From the NCBI GenBank assembly GCA_963760795.1, contig CAVXEP010000020.1, forward strand, positions 161,807 through 225,806: DNA of 64,000 bases, in the 5' to 3' direction. Source of the stretch: an uncultured delta proteobacterium (GTDB lineage Bacteria > Desulfobacterota > Binatia > UBA9968). Positions 53,198 to 63,197 of the stretch are shown here, in pieces (the first letter of the stretch is position 1; each line of letters opens with the position of its first letter). Both the position numbers and the translations under genes were made by a program. The notes beneath the pieces are model-generated. The model saw nothing but the letters and a program-made list of their open reading frames with translations. It was not told the DNA's origin and searched no databases.

Positions 53198-54667
53198 TTA
53201 CAATCCCTGCGCCGCGGCGTGCCTGCCGGCCAGGCGCGAAAAAACCACATTGCGCGTCTGCCCCGTGCACGACGGGTAGTTATGAAAAAACAAACCGATG
53301 ATATCGCCCGATGCGAACAAGCCGCGGATCGGCTGACCGCTGGTGTTAAGCGCCTGGGCATCACCGTTGATCTCGAGGCCGCCGAAGGTGAAAGTGATAC
53401 CGCCAGTCACCGGGAACGCCTGGAAGGGCGGCTCATCTATGCGCTGCGCCCAATTGGATTTGCGCGGCTGAATCCCTTCGGTGCAGCGACCATCGGTTTT
53501 CGAGGCATCGAACGGAATATCATGGCGCACCGCTTGATTGAATTTGTCCACGGTATGACTCAACACGGTTGACTCAATGCCGATCTTACCTGCCAGCTCG
53601 GCAATCGTCTGCGCTTCAATGGGATTGGCGAATTGGTAGTAGCTCGGGTCCTGCAATGCCGCGCCTTTGCGATCGAAAATTTGATAAGCCACACCGCCAG
53701 GCTCGCTCAACACCGCCCAGCCGGTCTTGGCGTAAGTGTAAGAGACATGCGCCTCACCTTCGTCAAAGAAGCGTTGACCTAGGGAGTTGACGGTAATGCC
53801 AAAGGTATAACCGTAACGGTTGGCTTTGTTGCTCAGCTCGACATCGCCAAAGGTCGCGTCGATGGGCGTCGCATGGGCGCCCTGCCAGTGGCCGGACGCT
53901 TTACAGCCAAGCGCCAACGCCATTTGCAAAACCTCACCGGTATCGTGCCGGCTGCCGCGCACCTTCATCAAATCGGCGTTGGCGCCGAGATAGCGCGCGC
54001 GCATTTCCGGATTGGCCTGGAAACCGCCGGCGCAGAGAATCGTCGCGCCGGCGCGGATCTCATATTCTTCTCTGGGATCGGATACACGCACGCCTTCGAC
54101 ATGCCGGTCATTGCCAAGCAGCTCGCGCACCCGCGACTCGTAGCGAATCGCCACCCCCATGCGTGTGGCGATATCGCGCCACTGATTGAGCTGGCTTATG
54201 CCGCCGCCAATGCCGCCCGTGGGATGGATGACGATCCCAGGCTCAAAATAAAGTTTGCCGTCGATCTCCACATGGCCGGCAGGTTCCCACTGCATGCCGA
54301 GTTGATCCATCCAGTGCACGGCGACGTTGGATTCGTTCACCAAGACTTCAGCGAGTTTTTTGTTGATCCGGCCGCGCGTCACACGCATGAGATCGGCGGT
54401 GAAATCCGCCGGCGTATAGCCGGGCAAATGCAATCGGTCGAACTCGCCAGCGGTCATATTGGGCACAAAGCCGCGAATTTCCGCTGCACCGGAATAGGCG
54501 AAGCGAAATCCGGTGTGCGAGAAACGCGCGTTGCCACCGAACTCCGGCTCGGGCGCTTTTTCCAACATGACGACTTGACGGGCACCGCTTTGCTTGGCTG
54601 CCACCGCCGATTCAAAGGCGGCGCTCCCGCCGCCGACAACTACGACTGAAACCTGTTCTTCTTTCAT
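53198..54667 (-). CDS. tcuA: FAD-dependent tricarballylate dehydrogenase TcuA-like flavoprotein
   Basis: VVGGGSA, GGNARFS, GGFQANPEMRARYLG, GITFTFGGL, FFHNYP; substrate unproven. Confidence 0.8.
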   Translation of the reverse strand: MKEEQVSVVVVGGGSAAFESAVAAKQSGARQVVMLEKAPEPEFGGNARFSHTGFRFAYSGAAEIRGFVPNMTAGEFDRLHLPGYTPADFTADLMRVTRGRINKKLAEVLVNESNVAVHWMDQLGMQWEPAGHVEIDGKLYFEPGIVIHPTGGIGGGISQLNQWRDIATRMGVAIRYESRVRELLGNDRHVEGVRVSDPREEYEIRAGATILCAGGFQANPEMRARYLGANADLMKVRGSRHDTGEVLQMALALGCKASGHWQGAHATPIDATFGDVELSNKANRYGYTFGITVNSLGQRFFDEGEAHVSYTYAKTGWAVLSEPGGVAYQIFDRKGAALQDPSYYQFANPIEAQTIAELAGKIGIESTVLSHTVDKFNQAVRHDIPFDASKTDGRCTEGIQPRKSNWAQRIDEPPFQAFPVTGGITFTFGGLEINGDAQALNTSGQPIRGLFASGDIIGLFFHNYPSCTGQTRNVVFSRLAGRHAAAQGL

Positions 54668-54714
54668 CGATTGCCTGCTCCCGCATCCCGCACAAATCAA
54701 GTTTTTTCATTGTA

Positions 54715-54922
54715 TGCGTTGCATACTTTGCGGCCAATCCTCCCGTCCCAAATCTTCGATTGGGTGACGATTGCTGAGAATTCTGGCGCCTTGCGCAAGT
54801 TTCGGATAAGGCGTCGCAAAGGTCGCAATGAATCGCGTCCCTACACTGCGGATCTTGTTTTGCGTCTTTTGCGTTCTTTGCAAAGATTCTGTCGAGTGAT
54901 CTACCAGGCTCTTTGCGGTGAG
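54715..54922. repeat. Composite intergenic repeat element (variant)
   Basis: CTTTGCGGCCAAT, GCCTTGCGCAAGTT, minus-strand GTAGGGACGCGATTCATTGCGACC REP, ttttgcgtc ttttgcgtt ctttgc, CTTTGCGGTGA. Confidence 0.65.
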
Positions 54923-54940
54923 CCTCCGTCTGATCACTCT

Positions 54941-55936
54941 TTAACGTTTTTTATTAACGCTCTGGACAAATCCGGAAGCCTCAAGTCGATGAATAAAGCT
55001 GTCGTCGATCAAAGTTTCGGCTTTGACATCAGGAAGTTTTGGATTGATCGTCAGAAGCAAGCCATGCAGTCGCTTCATGCCTTCCACCGTCGGTAGGGGC
55101 AGCCGCTCGTAGGCATTGAACACGGCCTGATAGGCTTCGTCGGCCTCGCTCGTATTGGACAGCCGTAAGTTCGTGGCCATGATGCGCGTTACGTTTTCCT
55201 TGTTAACGGGATCGAGCATGTAGCCGATCGCCTCCACGAGTCCTTTCGAGTACCCTTCGATAACCTGTGGCTTGGCTGCCGCAATACGGCGGGTCGTGAC
55301 CAGCATGGTTTGGGGCATGGTCACGCCTGAACCTTTGAAATTATAGATAATCGGATAACCTTTGTTCGCGTAAGTGTCCCCCACCGAACCGTTCAGCGAG
55401 GTGGCGTCGATACTACCGCTTTCCAACGCGAGACGGCGGTTAATCTCGGTGCCGGGAATGGTCAGAAAAGTAATCTTCGCTTGATTCGGATCGATCGCCA
55501 TATGCTGCAACGCTAACAGTGTGACCAGGTGCGAGGTCGCGCCGGGGCCGCTGATAGCGATCTTCTTGCCACGCAGATCTTCCTTCTTTTTAATGTCGGG
55601 GCGCACGTTAACCCGGTAGTCCAGCTTCTGAACGAAGTTCGCAACGCCGATCACATCGGCGCCGCTCGCACCCGCGTTAACCAGATGGCCCGGCCCAATC
55701 ACCGCCACATCGATTTCGTTGGCCAGCAACGCCGCCACCGCCAGCGGCGAGCGCGGCATGAGAATATACTGGGTCTCAAGGCCATATTTTTTGAACAAGC
55801 CCAATTGTCTGGCGACCCAGACGGAGGCCATGCTCTCGCTGGTGATGCTGGAGGCGAAGTTAGAACGAACTTGGCCAGACAGCTCGGCTGGCACAAACGC
55901 GAGCGCTAGGAGCAGAGAAAACAAGCCACGGCGCAT
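54941..55936 (-). CDS. ABC-type solute-binding protein, SsuA/NMT1-THI5-like
   Basis: GLFKKYGLE, DLRGKKIAISGPG, LEASGF; GGAGG RBS. Confidence 0.9.
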   Translation of the reverse strand: MRRGLFSLLLALAFVPAELSGQVRSNFASSITSESMASVWVARQLGLFKKYGLETQYILMPRSPLAVAALLANEIDVAVIGPGHLVNAGASGADVIGVANFVQKLDYRVNVRPDIKKKEDLRGKKIAISGPGATSHLVTLLALQHMAIDPNQAKITFLTIPGTEINRRLALESGSIDATSLNGSVGDTYANKGYPIIYNFKGSGVTMPQTMLVTTRRIAAAKPQVIEGYSKGLVEAIGYMLDPVNKENVTRIMATNLRLSNTSEADEAYQAVFNAYERLPLPTVEGMKRLHGLLLTINPKLPDVKAETLIDDSFIHRLEASGFVQSVNKKR

Positions 55937-55974
55937 TACTCAGTCCTCCGGTAACTTCAATCCATGAAGGTGGC

Positions 55975-56046
55975 TCAAACAGTTCAAACCGTCTTGGGAA
56001 GTTCCAATGGTTTGAACGGAACGCAGCGGTGCAACGGTTTGAACTA
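55975..56046. repeat. Palindromic GTTCAAACC/GGTTTGAAC repeat element
   Basis: AGTTCAAACCGT ... ACGGTTTGAACT arms with internal GGTTTGAAC and ACGCAGCG. Confidence 0.55.
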
Positions 56047-56051
56047 GCTTC

Positions 56052-56441
56052 TTACTTCTTCCTGTCGCCGACCAGTTCGTAATCGAGAAAACCATGCTCG
56101 GAGATATCGAAAAAGTTGCCGTCGATATCGGAGCAACGGGTTTCCGCGTAGGGACGGTCGTTCGGGCGCTGTTTGGGCAATTTATTGGGGTTGATCTTTT
56201 TCAATCGCTCGACGATCTTCTCGCCGCTTTCGACCTCGAAGCCAAAATGATAAAGCCCGTTGGGCGAGTTCTGCTCCTTATTGGGCAGAATAGCGAGATT
56301 GAAATAACCGTCGGTCAAATAAATCACGCCGCCTTCGTCTCGCTCCTTGTGCAGTATCTGCATCTCAAAAACATCCATGTAAAACGCCGCTAACTTCCCG
56401 GTATCTTCTGTTCGAATCGCCAAATGGCGTATCTTAGGCAT
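56052..56441 (-). CDS. VOC family protein
   Basis: IRHLAIRTED..LAAFY, LTDG, GLYHFGFEV, DIDGNFFDIS; AGGAGG RBS. Confidence 0.88.
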   Translation of the reverse strand: MPKIRHLAIRTEDTGKLAAFYMDVFEMQILHKERDEGGVIYLTDGYFNLAILPNKEQNSPNGLYHFGFEVESGEKIVERLKKINPNKLPKQRPNDRPYAETRCSDIDGNFFDISEHGFLDYELVGDRKK

Positions 56442-56588
56442 GAAAACCTCCTTAGAATCGATTAGCTCCAGCAGTATGCGGCAGGCAGGGCGAAGTCAAG
56501 CGAAGGCGTTTTGCTCGTTAGCGAAACGTTCCCCAGCCAAAACGATAGCGGGCAAAATCATCGGTCAATGAAATCGATCTTTTTGCCG

Positions 56589-56891
56589 TTATTTTCCGGA
56601 TTGCTGAATCACTTCATGCATCTCAAACACATTCGGGCCGGCAAAAATTTCCGCCGGTGGGCGCTTGTTATGAGCTTCTTTAAACTCCGCGCTGTCGGTC
56701 CAGGCGCGAAACGAAGCTTCGTCTTGCCAGTGAGTCAGGACGATGTAGTAATCGCTTTTTAACGGCCGAAGAATTTCCAAGCGGATAAATCCCGCCATGT
56801 TCTCCACCAGCCGGGCGCGGCCCTCGAAGCGCTTTTCAAAATCCGCTTCATGACCCTTGGCTACTTGAAGGCGATTGGATACGACAATCAC
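56589..56891 (-). CDS. Antibiotic biosynthesis monooxygenase (ABM) protein, IsdG/HmoA heme-oxygenase-like
   Basis: GTG start after AAGGAAG; SNR, FEKRF, GFIRLEILR, RAW..S.EFKEAH. Confidence 0.85.
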   Translation of the reverse strand: MIVVSNRLQVAKGHEADFEKRFEGRARLVENMAGFIRLEILRPLKSDYYIVLTHWQDEASFRAWTDSAEFKEAHNKRPPAEIFAGPNVFEMHEVIQQSGK

Positions 56892-57043
56892 GCTACACTT
56901 CCTTTCGTTGAAAGCATCGGCAAGGGGGCTATCCATTTGCCCAACTCTGTTCCGACACGACCACTTGGTTGCCTTTGGGATCTCTGAGTTTAATCTGTCC
57001 GGCGGAACCTTCGGCAAACTCGACACCAGTAGTGCCCAGTGAA

Positions 57044-57280
57044 GATCACTAAGGACACGAAGGTTCGGAATAGTAAAGCTTCGGACTTCGTGCTCTTCGT
57101 AATACGATTCTTGATAATTTGCGCGGCTTGGGCAAATTGTCCGAGCGCCAAAGCCAAGCGGGCGGGTTTTAAACCCGCCCTTTGCTACGAATCCCGATTA
57201 TTTTTTGCGCCCCTTGCGTTCTTTGCGACCATTCTTCAATTCGGTTGCGGCTTTGCCGCGCGAGGTTCTTCGTAGTGAAA
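57044..57280. repeat. Composite intergenic repeat element
   Basis: GGACACGAAG..TTCGGA..CTTCGTGCTCTTCGT, GGGCGGGTTTTAAACCCGCCC, TTCGGTTGCGGCTTTGCCGCG, CTTCGTAGTGAAA. Confidence 0.78.
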
Positions 57281-57311
57281 CCTCCCGGTTGATCGAAAAT
57301 CGGCAAACATG

Positions 57312-58334
57312 TCACACCGCCGCATCTAACCGATAAAACCGCGCCACGTTATCGTGCAACATTTTCTTTTTCACACCATCGGACAAATCGGTGCGCTTGC
57401 GGATGCCTTTCACGGTATGCGGCCAGTCGCCGTCCCAATGGGGATAGTCGGAGGAATAAAGGATCGTGTCTTCCAAGCCCCAGCGCATGGCGTCGGGAAT
57501 CGTCTTCTCTTCGCATTCGACGCCGAAATAGATCCGTCCGCTTTTGACATATTCGCTCGGCAGCTTGGTCAAGTAGGGCGCTTCGTCGGCGCCGCGCTTT
57601 TCCACCTCTTCGTCGAGCCGGTCGATCATATACGGCACCCAGCCGATACCCGACTCGAGATAAGCGATGCTGAGCTTGGCAAAGCGCTCGAACACGCCGC
57701 CGACGATGGTCGCGATCAGCGCCATCATCTGCTCGGCCGGATGATCGATGGTATGGGCCGAAAGAAACTTGCGAAAGCGCTGGCCGCCGAGGGAATCGGC
57801 GGAAGTGCCGGTATGAAAACCGAGACCGACACCGAGACTCTCGGCGGCGGCATAAATCGGATCGTAAAAACTATCGCCGAAGTCCGGCATCTGCGGCAGG
57901 TAGGTCGGCAACACGCCGGCCACCGCGCCGCGCTCTGTCACCGCGCGTCGTAATTCTTCAGCGGCGGCGGTGGGATCCTGGGGCGCCAACAACGCGACGA
58001 ACTTCAGCCGCGCCGCGTCGGTCTTGCAAAAATGATAGAGCCAGTCGTTATAGGCCTGGGTTACCGCCGTGGCGTAATCTTTTTCGTGCAGCGCCGAGAC
58101 ATGTAACCCCGCGGTCGGGTACATCACCATGACGTCGATGCCGTCTTCGTCCATGGCCGCCAGCTGATCTTTGGGGCCTTCGGGCTTCTGCCCGAGCTTG
58201 CCGCGCAGGTCGCGATCCCACTCGTCGTTGGGGAAAAGGTTGCGGCGCTGCCAGCGCGGCGGCAAAAACTCGCGCATGCCGGCGTTCGATTCGCGCACAT
58301 GACCGTCGGCATCGATGACTTTATAGTTTGCCAT
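57312..58334 (-). CDS. Amidohydrolase_2 family protein
   Basis: IDADGH, MDEDGID, YNDWL, LESGIGW, SSDYPHWD. Confidence 0.92.
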   Translation of the reverse strand: MANYKVIDADGHVRESNAGMREFLPPRWQRRNLFPNDEWDRDLRGKLGQKPEGPKDQLAAMDEDGIDVMVMYPTAGLHVSALHEKDYATAVTQAYNDWLYHFCKTDAARLKFVALLAPQDPTAAAEELRRAVTERGAVAGVLPTYLPQMPDFGDSFYDPIYAAAESLGVGLGFHTGTSADSLGGQRFRKFLSAHTIDHPAEQMMALIATIVGGVFERFAKLSIAYLESGIGWVPYMIDRLDEEVEKRGADEAPYLTKLPSEYVKSGRIYFGVECEEKTIPDAMRWGLEDTILYSSDYPHWDGDWPHTVKGIRKRTDLSDGVKKKMLHDNVARFYRLDAAV

Positions 58335-58591
58335 ATTGACTCCTTGTTATTCCGTAAAAGACTCCAGTGGACCGCGGACGATGCGGCTTGGTGCAGCCAT
58401 AACACCTAACACCGCGTAAAAGAGCCTGTCAATGCGCCACTTCGTTGAAACTAGAGAGAATAACGAAATGGAGCTTTACATGCCCTGGAAACAAACGGCG
58501 ACGCTTATGGCTTAAAGGACAACTGTGCAGGTCATTGTCCATTGCCGTAACCTTCGAGGGTTCCGCCTGCGGCCTATTGCCTTCCCCCAAG

Positions 58592-58619
58592 TTGACACCT
58601 TGGCAAAATTTCTAATACT
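58592..58619 (+). promoter_or_regulatory. Putative sigma70 promoter of the Rieske oxygenase gene
   Basis: TTGACA-N16-AATACT. Confidence 0.45.
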
Positions 58620-58684
58620 GTCAGATAAAATCTTGTCGCTGCGCGACCGCCCGCAGGACAAATCGCCATAAGGAGTCCACCGTC

Positions 58685-59857
58685 ATGCTCAGTCACGAAG
58701 ACAACGACTTTTTCTGCCGGGTCGGTCCCGGCACTCCCGCCGGGCAATTATTGCGGCGCTATTGGCATGTGGTTGGCGCCGCCGCCGAGTTGAACGACGC
58801 CAAACCGAAAAAGCGCGTCCGCCTGCTCGGTGAGAACTTGCTATTATACAAGGACCGCTCCGGCGGTTATGGCCTGGTGGCGGAGAATTGTTCCCACCGC
58901 GGCGTGTCGCTTTACTACGGCTTTGTCGAGAAGGACGGCATCCGCTGCCCCTATCATGGTTGGAAGTACGATGCCTGCGGCCGCTGCATCGACCAGCCTT
59001 TCGAAAGCCCTGAAGCCGGCTTCAAAGCCAAGATTCAACATCCCGCCTACCCGGTGGAAAACCTCGCCGGCCTGCTGTTCGCCTACATGGGCCCGCCGGA
59101 CAGGAAGCCGCTGTTGCCCAAATGGGATCTATTAGTACGCAACGATGGCAAGAAGCAAATCGACATCTGCGAAACCCTGCGCTGTAATTGGCTGCAAGCG
59201 ATGGAGAACTCCGTCGACCCGACCCACACCTATTATCTCCATTCGCACACCCTCAAGCTCAAGGGCGATCCCGATCATGTGCCGTATCATTATCGCATGC
59301 TCAACAAATTCGATTTTGAATTCGTCAACTATCCGACCTGGGCGGGCATCCAGAAACAGCGCATATTCGAAGGCGACGATGCTCCCGTCGAAACACCCCA
59401 TCCGTTGATTTTCCCCAACATATTATTCGTTCCCGTGCGCATCGGCTACGCCATGCATTTCCGCACGCCGATCGACGACACCAACACGCAGGTCTATCAA
59501 TTCCGTTTCAGTCCAAGCAAAGATGGCAGCGCGGTCGTGCAACCGGAAAACACGCCGATAGAATATGTCGGAACTACTGACGAAGCCGGAGAATTTCACA
59601 TGGAAAATTTCACCAGCCAAGACCATATGGCCTGGGAGACCCAAGGCCCCCTCGCGGACCGTTCTAAAGAACATCTCGGCGAAGGCGACCGCGGCGTCGT
59701 CATGTTTCGCAAGTTATTGCGGGAACAGATTCAGTCGGTGCAAAACGGCGCCGACCCCATCGGCGTCAACTTCGATCCGGCCAAGGATGAGGTCATCAAG
59801 TTGATTCATGAGGACGGCTACGACGCCTTCTCGTTCGCGGCGGCGCGAGCGAGCTAA
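58685..59857 (+). CDS. Rieske non-heme iron oxygenase, phthalate 4,5-dioxygenase-like alpha subunit
   Basis: CSHRG..CPYHGW, ENSVDPTHTYYLH, QDHMAWETQG. Confidence 0.9.
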   Translation: MLSHEDNDFFCRVGPGTPAGQLLRRYWHVVGAAAELNDAKPKKRVRLLGENLLLYKDRSGGYGLVAENCSHRGVSLYYGFVEKDGIRCPYHGWKYDACGRCIDQPFESPEAGFKAKIQHPAYPVENLAGLLFAYMGPPDRKPLLPKWDLLVRNDGKKQIDICETLRCNWLQAMENSVDPTHTYYLHSHTLKLKGDPDHVPYHYRMLNKFDFEFVNYPTWAGIQKQRIFEGDDAPVETPHPLIFPNILFVPVRIGYAMHFRTPIDDTNTQVYQFRFSPSKDGSAVVQPENTPIEYVGTTDEAGEFHMENFTSQDHMAWETQGPLADRSKEHLGEGDRGVVMFRKLLREQIQSVQNGADPIGVNFDPAKDEVIKLIHEDGYDAFSFAAARAS

Positions 59858-59865
59858 GAGCTAGC

Positions 59866-60717
59866 ATGAGTGAAGGCAAGCCAGCTGCAATGGTGCATGA
59901 TCCGCTGACGCCGATTCCGATCCCCGAGCAGGCTCCGGCGAGGCAAGGGATCGCCGAACTTCCCGGCACCCGTCTCGGCTATTGGGATACCGGCGGCAAT
60001 GGCACGCCGGTAATTTTTTTACATCCAGCATCGGGCAGCGCGTTGATCTGGTTGTACCAGCAGCCGGTCTTCGCCCAGGCTGGCTATCGCGTCATCGGCT
60101 ACTCACGGCGCAACTACTATAACTCCGAACTCGCACCGGCAGATAATCCCGGCATCGCTTCTGCCGACTTGCACAACCTGAGCGAATTTCTCGGCGTGAA
60201 AAAATTCCATGCGGTGAGTTCCGCCGCCGGTGGCAGTGTCGCTGCCGACTATGCTTTTTCGCACCCCGAACGGCTTCTGAGCTTAACCGTGTCGAGCAAC
60301 AATCTCGCTGCCCGCGACGGTTACATCGCCGACACCGCGGCGCGGATCAAGTTGAAAGAGCTAGAAGCGCTACCGCGATGGTGTTGGGAACTCGGGCCAT
60401 CCTACCGTGCGGCCAATCCCGAGGGTGCGGAGAAGTGGCGGAAGATCAACGAACAATCCGAAACCGGCAAAGGCGCGCGCCAATCCCTCGCCAACATCGT
60501 CACGCCGGCGAAGCTGGAAACTTTGAAAGTGCCAACGCTGCTCATCACCGGCAGCGCCGATCCGTCGACACCGCCATCGATCACGCGCATGATCGCGCGC
60601 CATATCCCTGACAATGAAGTGGTTATTTTTTCCGAAGCCGGCCATTCGCCCTATTGGGAGCAACCCGAAGTTTTCAATCGCACGGTGCTCGATTTTATCG
60701 GCCGTCATTCAGCGTAA
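59866..60717 (+). CDS. Alpha/beta hydrolase-fold protein with atypical elbow (SSAAGG)
   Basis: PVIFLHP, GYRVIGYSRR, VPTLLITGSAD, AGHSPYWEQP. Confidence 0.85.
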   Translation: MSEGKPAAMVHDPLTPIPIPEQAPARQGIAELPGTRLGYWDTGGNGTPVIFLHPASGSALIWLYQQPVFAQAGYRVIGYSRRNYYNSELAPADNPGIASADLHNLSEFLGVKKFHAVSSAAGGSVAADYAFSHPERLLSLTVSSNNLAARDGYIADTAARIKLKELEALPRWCWELGPSYRAANPEGAEKWRKINEQSETGKGARQSLANIVTPAKLETLKVPTLLITGSADPSTPPSITRMIARHIPDNEVVIFSEAGHSPYWEQPEVFNRTVLDFIGRHSA

Positions 60718-60955
60718 ACCCAAACTCCTAAATTGCACCGCCGCAAAGCTCCAGCGAGGTGCAACCCTGGAGATGTGAAAACGCCCAAGAGTGCAATGAC
60801 AAAGTCTTATTCGCATTGCCAAGTCGATGCATTGTTTTCGCATTGATTTCGCGCAGCACAACGATCGACACCCACTTAGAGGCAGTCACCATCGTCCTCA
60901 AGACGGTAGGGTTACGCCTCGCTGGCAGACTCAATTGCGACTGTGGACGCCAGGT

Positions 60956-62107
60956 TTAAGCAATGCCAAACAGCGCTCGGGCGTTGTCGCGGGTTATTTT
61001 TTGCACCGTAGCGGCGGGCAAAGACTCTATCTGCGCGGCGATCGCCGCTTGCGAGTTGGGCCAGGTGCTGGCGGGATGGGGATAATCGGAACCGAACATC
61101 ACTTTGTCGGCGTCGAGCACGTTGCCGACCATTTTCACGCCCAACGGATCGTCGACGAAGCTGATCCAGATTTGCCGGTGAAAATATTCGCTCGGTAAAA
61201 GCTTGGGCAAAGCGATCGGTTTTTCGCCGGTTAGCCTGCGGCCGTCGCGGGTGCGCTGATACCAGATATCGAGGCCTTGAATCATGCTCGGCACCCAGGC
61301 GAGCCCGGCTTCGGCCATGACGATTTTCAATCTCGGGTGGCGATCGAGCACGCCGTCAAAAATTAGTCCCGTCATCGGTTCGAGCAACTGCATGCCGGGC
61401 GGCTCTTGGGCGAATTGCGCAGCCACGGAGACGACCAAATTCGCCGCAGCGCGCTTGGATTCATCGAGCCGGCTCTTTTTTACTAAAACGGCGAGATGAA
61501 AGCCGATGGGTATGTCGACCTCTTCGGCCAGCGCCCAGAACGGCTCCCAGGCGTCATCGTACACCGGCGGACTGGCGCGGGACGCAAGGATGTTGACATG
61601 ACGCAGCCCGCCGCGCTTGGCCAAACGCGCCAGCTCGTCGCGCGCCGCCACCGGATCTTCCATCGATAACTGCGGCACGCCGAACAATCGCTCCGGCCGC
61701 GCCGCGCAAAACTCGCTCAACCAATCGTTGTACGCTTGGTAGCATAACCGGCGCAGCTCCGGGTCGCCGATCGCCATCGGGTCGGTGGGGCCGTACATGA
61801 TCGAAGCCTCGGCGCCGTCGCGGTCCATGTCGCTCAAGCGCAGCGCTGCCGTGGTCGGCCGCAACTCACCCGGACGCATGACACCGCCGCGCTCGATCGC
61901 CCACATGGCGCCGCTCCCCTGCGCCGCGGTGTAGTAGCCATGGGGACTGAAGGTTTGACCTTCCCAACTCCAATACGCGCCGTGGTCATTCTCGATCACC
62001 CGCGGGCCGCGCTCGCGCAGCCGCGCCGGCAATCTTTCGCTCCATAGATCCTGCGGCAGCCAACGCAGATCGATGTGGTCGTCGGCGGAAATGAATCGGT
62101 GCATCAT
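60956..62107 (-). CDS. Amidohydrolase_2 family protein
   Basis: ISADDH, DMDRDG, YNDWL, AEAGLAW, GSDYPH. Confidence 0.92.
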   Translation of the reverse strand: MMHRFISADDHIDLRWLPQDLWSERLPARLRERGPRVIENDHGAYWSWEGQTFSPHGYYTAAQGSGAMWAIERGGVMRPGELRPTTAALRLSDMDRDGAEASIMYGPTDPMAIGDPELRRLCYQAYNDWLSEFCAARPERLFGVPQLSMEDPVAARDELARLAKRGGLRHVNILASRASPPVYDDAWEPFWALAEEVDIPIGFHLAVLVKKSRLDESKRAAANLVVSVAAQFAQEPPGMQLLEPMTGLIFDGVLDRHPRLKIVMAEAGLAWVPSMIQGLDIWYQRTRDGRRLTGEKPIALPKLLPSEYFHRQIWISFVDDPLGVKMVGNVLDADKVMFGSDYPHPASTWPNSQAAIAAQIESLPAATVQKITRDNARALFGIA

Positions 62108-62108
62108 G

Positions 62109-63113
62109 TTACTTGCCATAGACGCTGGCGATGAAACCGCTCGCTTCGATTTCTTTGACAATCGATAAGTCGACGAAGTCGCGCGGGTCGGCGTCCTTCG
62201 CCTTGGGCAAATCTTTCGCCAGCGCATCTAAAGTATCTTTGATCGCCCGCGTCGACGGATACGGCACCTTGAGGAAATAGGGTTTGATATAGCGATAACT
62301 CTGCAGCAAAACTTCGCGGTCGGAAATCCTCGTGTGCTTGGTCAATACCCGCAGGGAGAACTCTTCGTCCGTGCTGAGGATTTTCGCGCCTTCGATCATT
62401 GCCATGACGAACTGTTTCGCTTCCAGCCGGTTAGCGACGAGCCAGCTCTTCTTGACGCCTAGCCCGGAGGAAACATAGTCAACGCCCAAGCTGGTCATGT
62501 CGAACAACATTTTGAATCCCGCCTTCTGCGCGACGAAGGACGACGGGGGTGAAAGCGTGCCGGCGTGGACCAATTTGGCGCGCAGCGCCGCCACGGTCTC
62601 CGGCACGCCGCCGACGCCGCGAATCATGACATCTTTGTCGGGCACCAACCCAGCTTCGCGCAGCGCCACCCGGGTGGCGAAATCGGTGCTGCCACCGAGG
62701 CCGGAAACGCCGATGATTTTGCCCCTTAGGTCATGTAGCGAATTGATTTCCGGCGCGCTGTGCATGGTGAATAAAAACTTGTCACTGAAGTTGGCGATCA
62801 ACACCGCATCGAATCCGGCCAGCACCGCCGAGGGCACGGTTCGACTCGAAACTCCCTGGGCGAAATTGACCGAGCCGCCGATCAACGCTTGGATGCTCCG
62901 CGCTCCGGTAACGATGTAGCGAACGTCCATGCCGTACTTCTTGAACGCGCCGCTTTCGATGGCGGCAAACAGCGGCGACTGCAACAACGACACCGCCGGC
63001 AGCGAAACGTCGACGACCTTCAGTGCCGTTTCCGCCGCGTACACGGTAGGCAGCCGCGCCAGTAAAATTATCGTCAGTATCGTTCCAAACACCCATTGCA
63101 TTATCCGTCGCAT
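62109..63113 (-). CDS. ABC-type solute-binding protein, SsuA/NMT1-THI5-like
   Basis: GAFKKYGMDV, DLRGKIIGVSGLGG, IEASGFI; GAGGAG RBS. Confidence 0.9.
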   Translation of the reverse strand: MRRIMQWVFGTILTIILLARLPTVYAAETALKVVDVSLPAVSLLQSPLFAAIESGAFKKYGMDVRYIVTGARSIQALIGGSVNFAQGVSSRTVPSAVLAGFDAVLIANFSDKFLFTMHSAPEINSLHDLRGKIIGVSGLGGSTDFATRVALREAGLVPDKDVMIRGVGGVPETVAALRAKLVHAGTLSPPSSFVAQKAGFKMLFDMTSLGVDYVSSGLGVKKSWLVANRLEAKQFVMAMIEGAKILSTDEEFSLRVLTKHTRISDREVLLQSYRYIKPYFLKVPYPSTRAIKDTLDALAKDLPKAKDADPRDFVDLSIVKEIEASGFIASVYGK

Positions 63114-63197
63114 CTTGGCTCCTCGGGCTAAACCAGCTATGCGCGGTTTACTCCAAGCGCGGTGCAATGTCCAGAAATTTGCCAACGGGCCGGCGTC

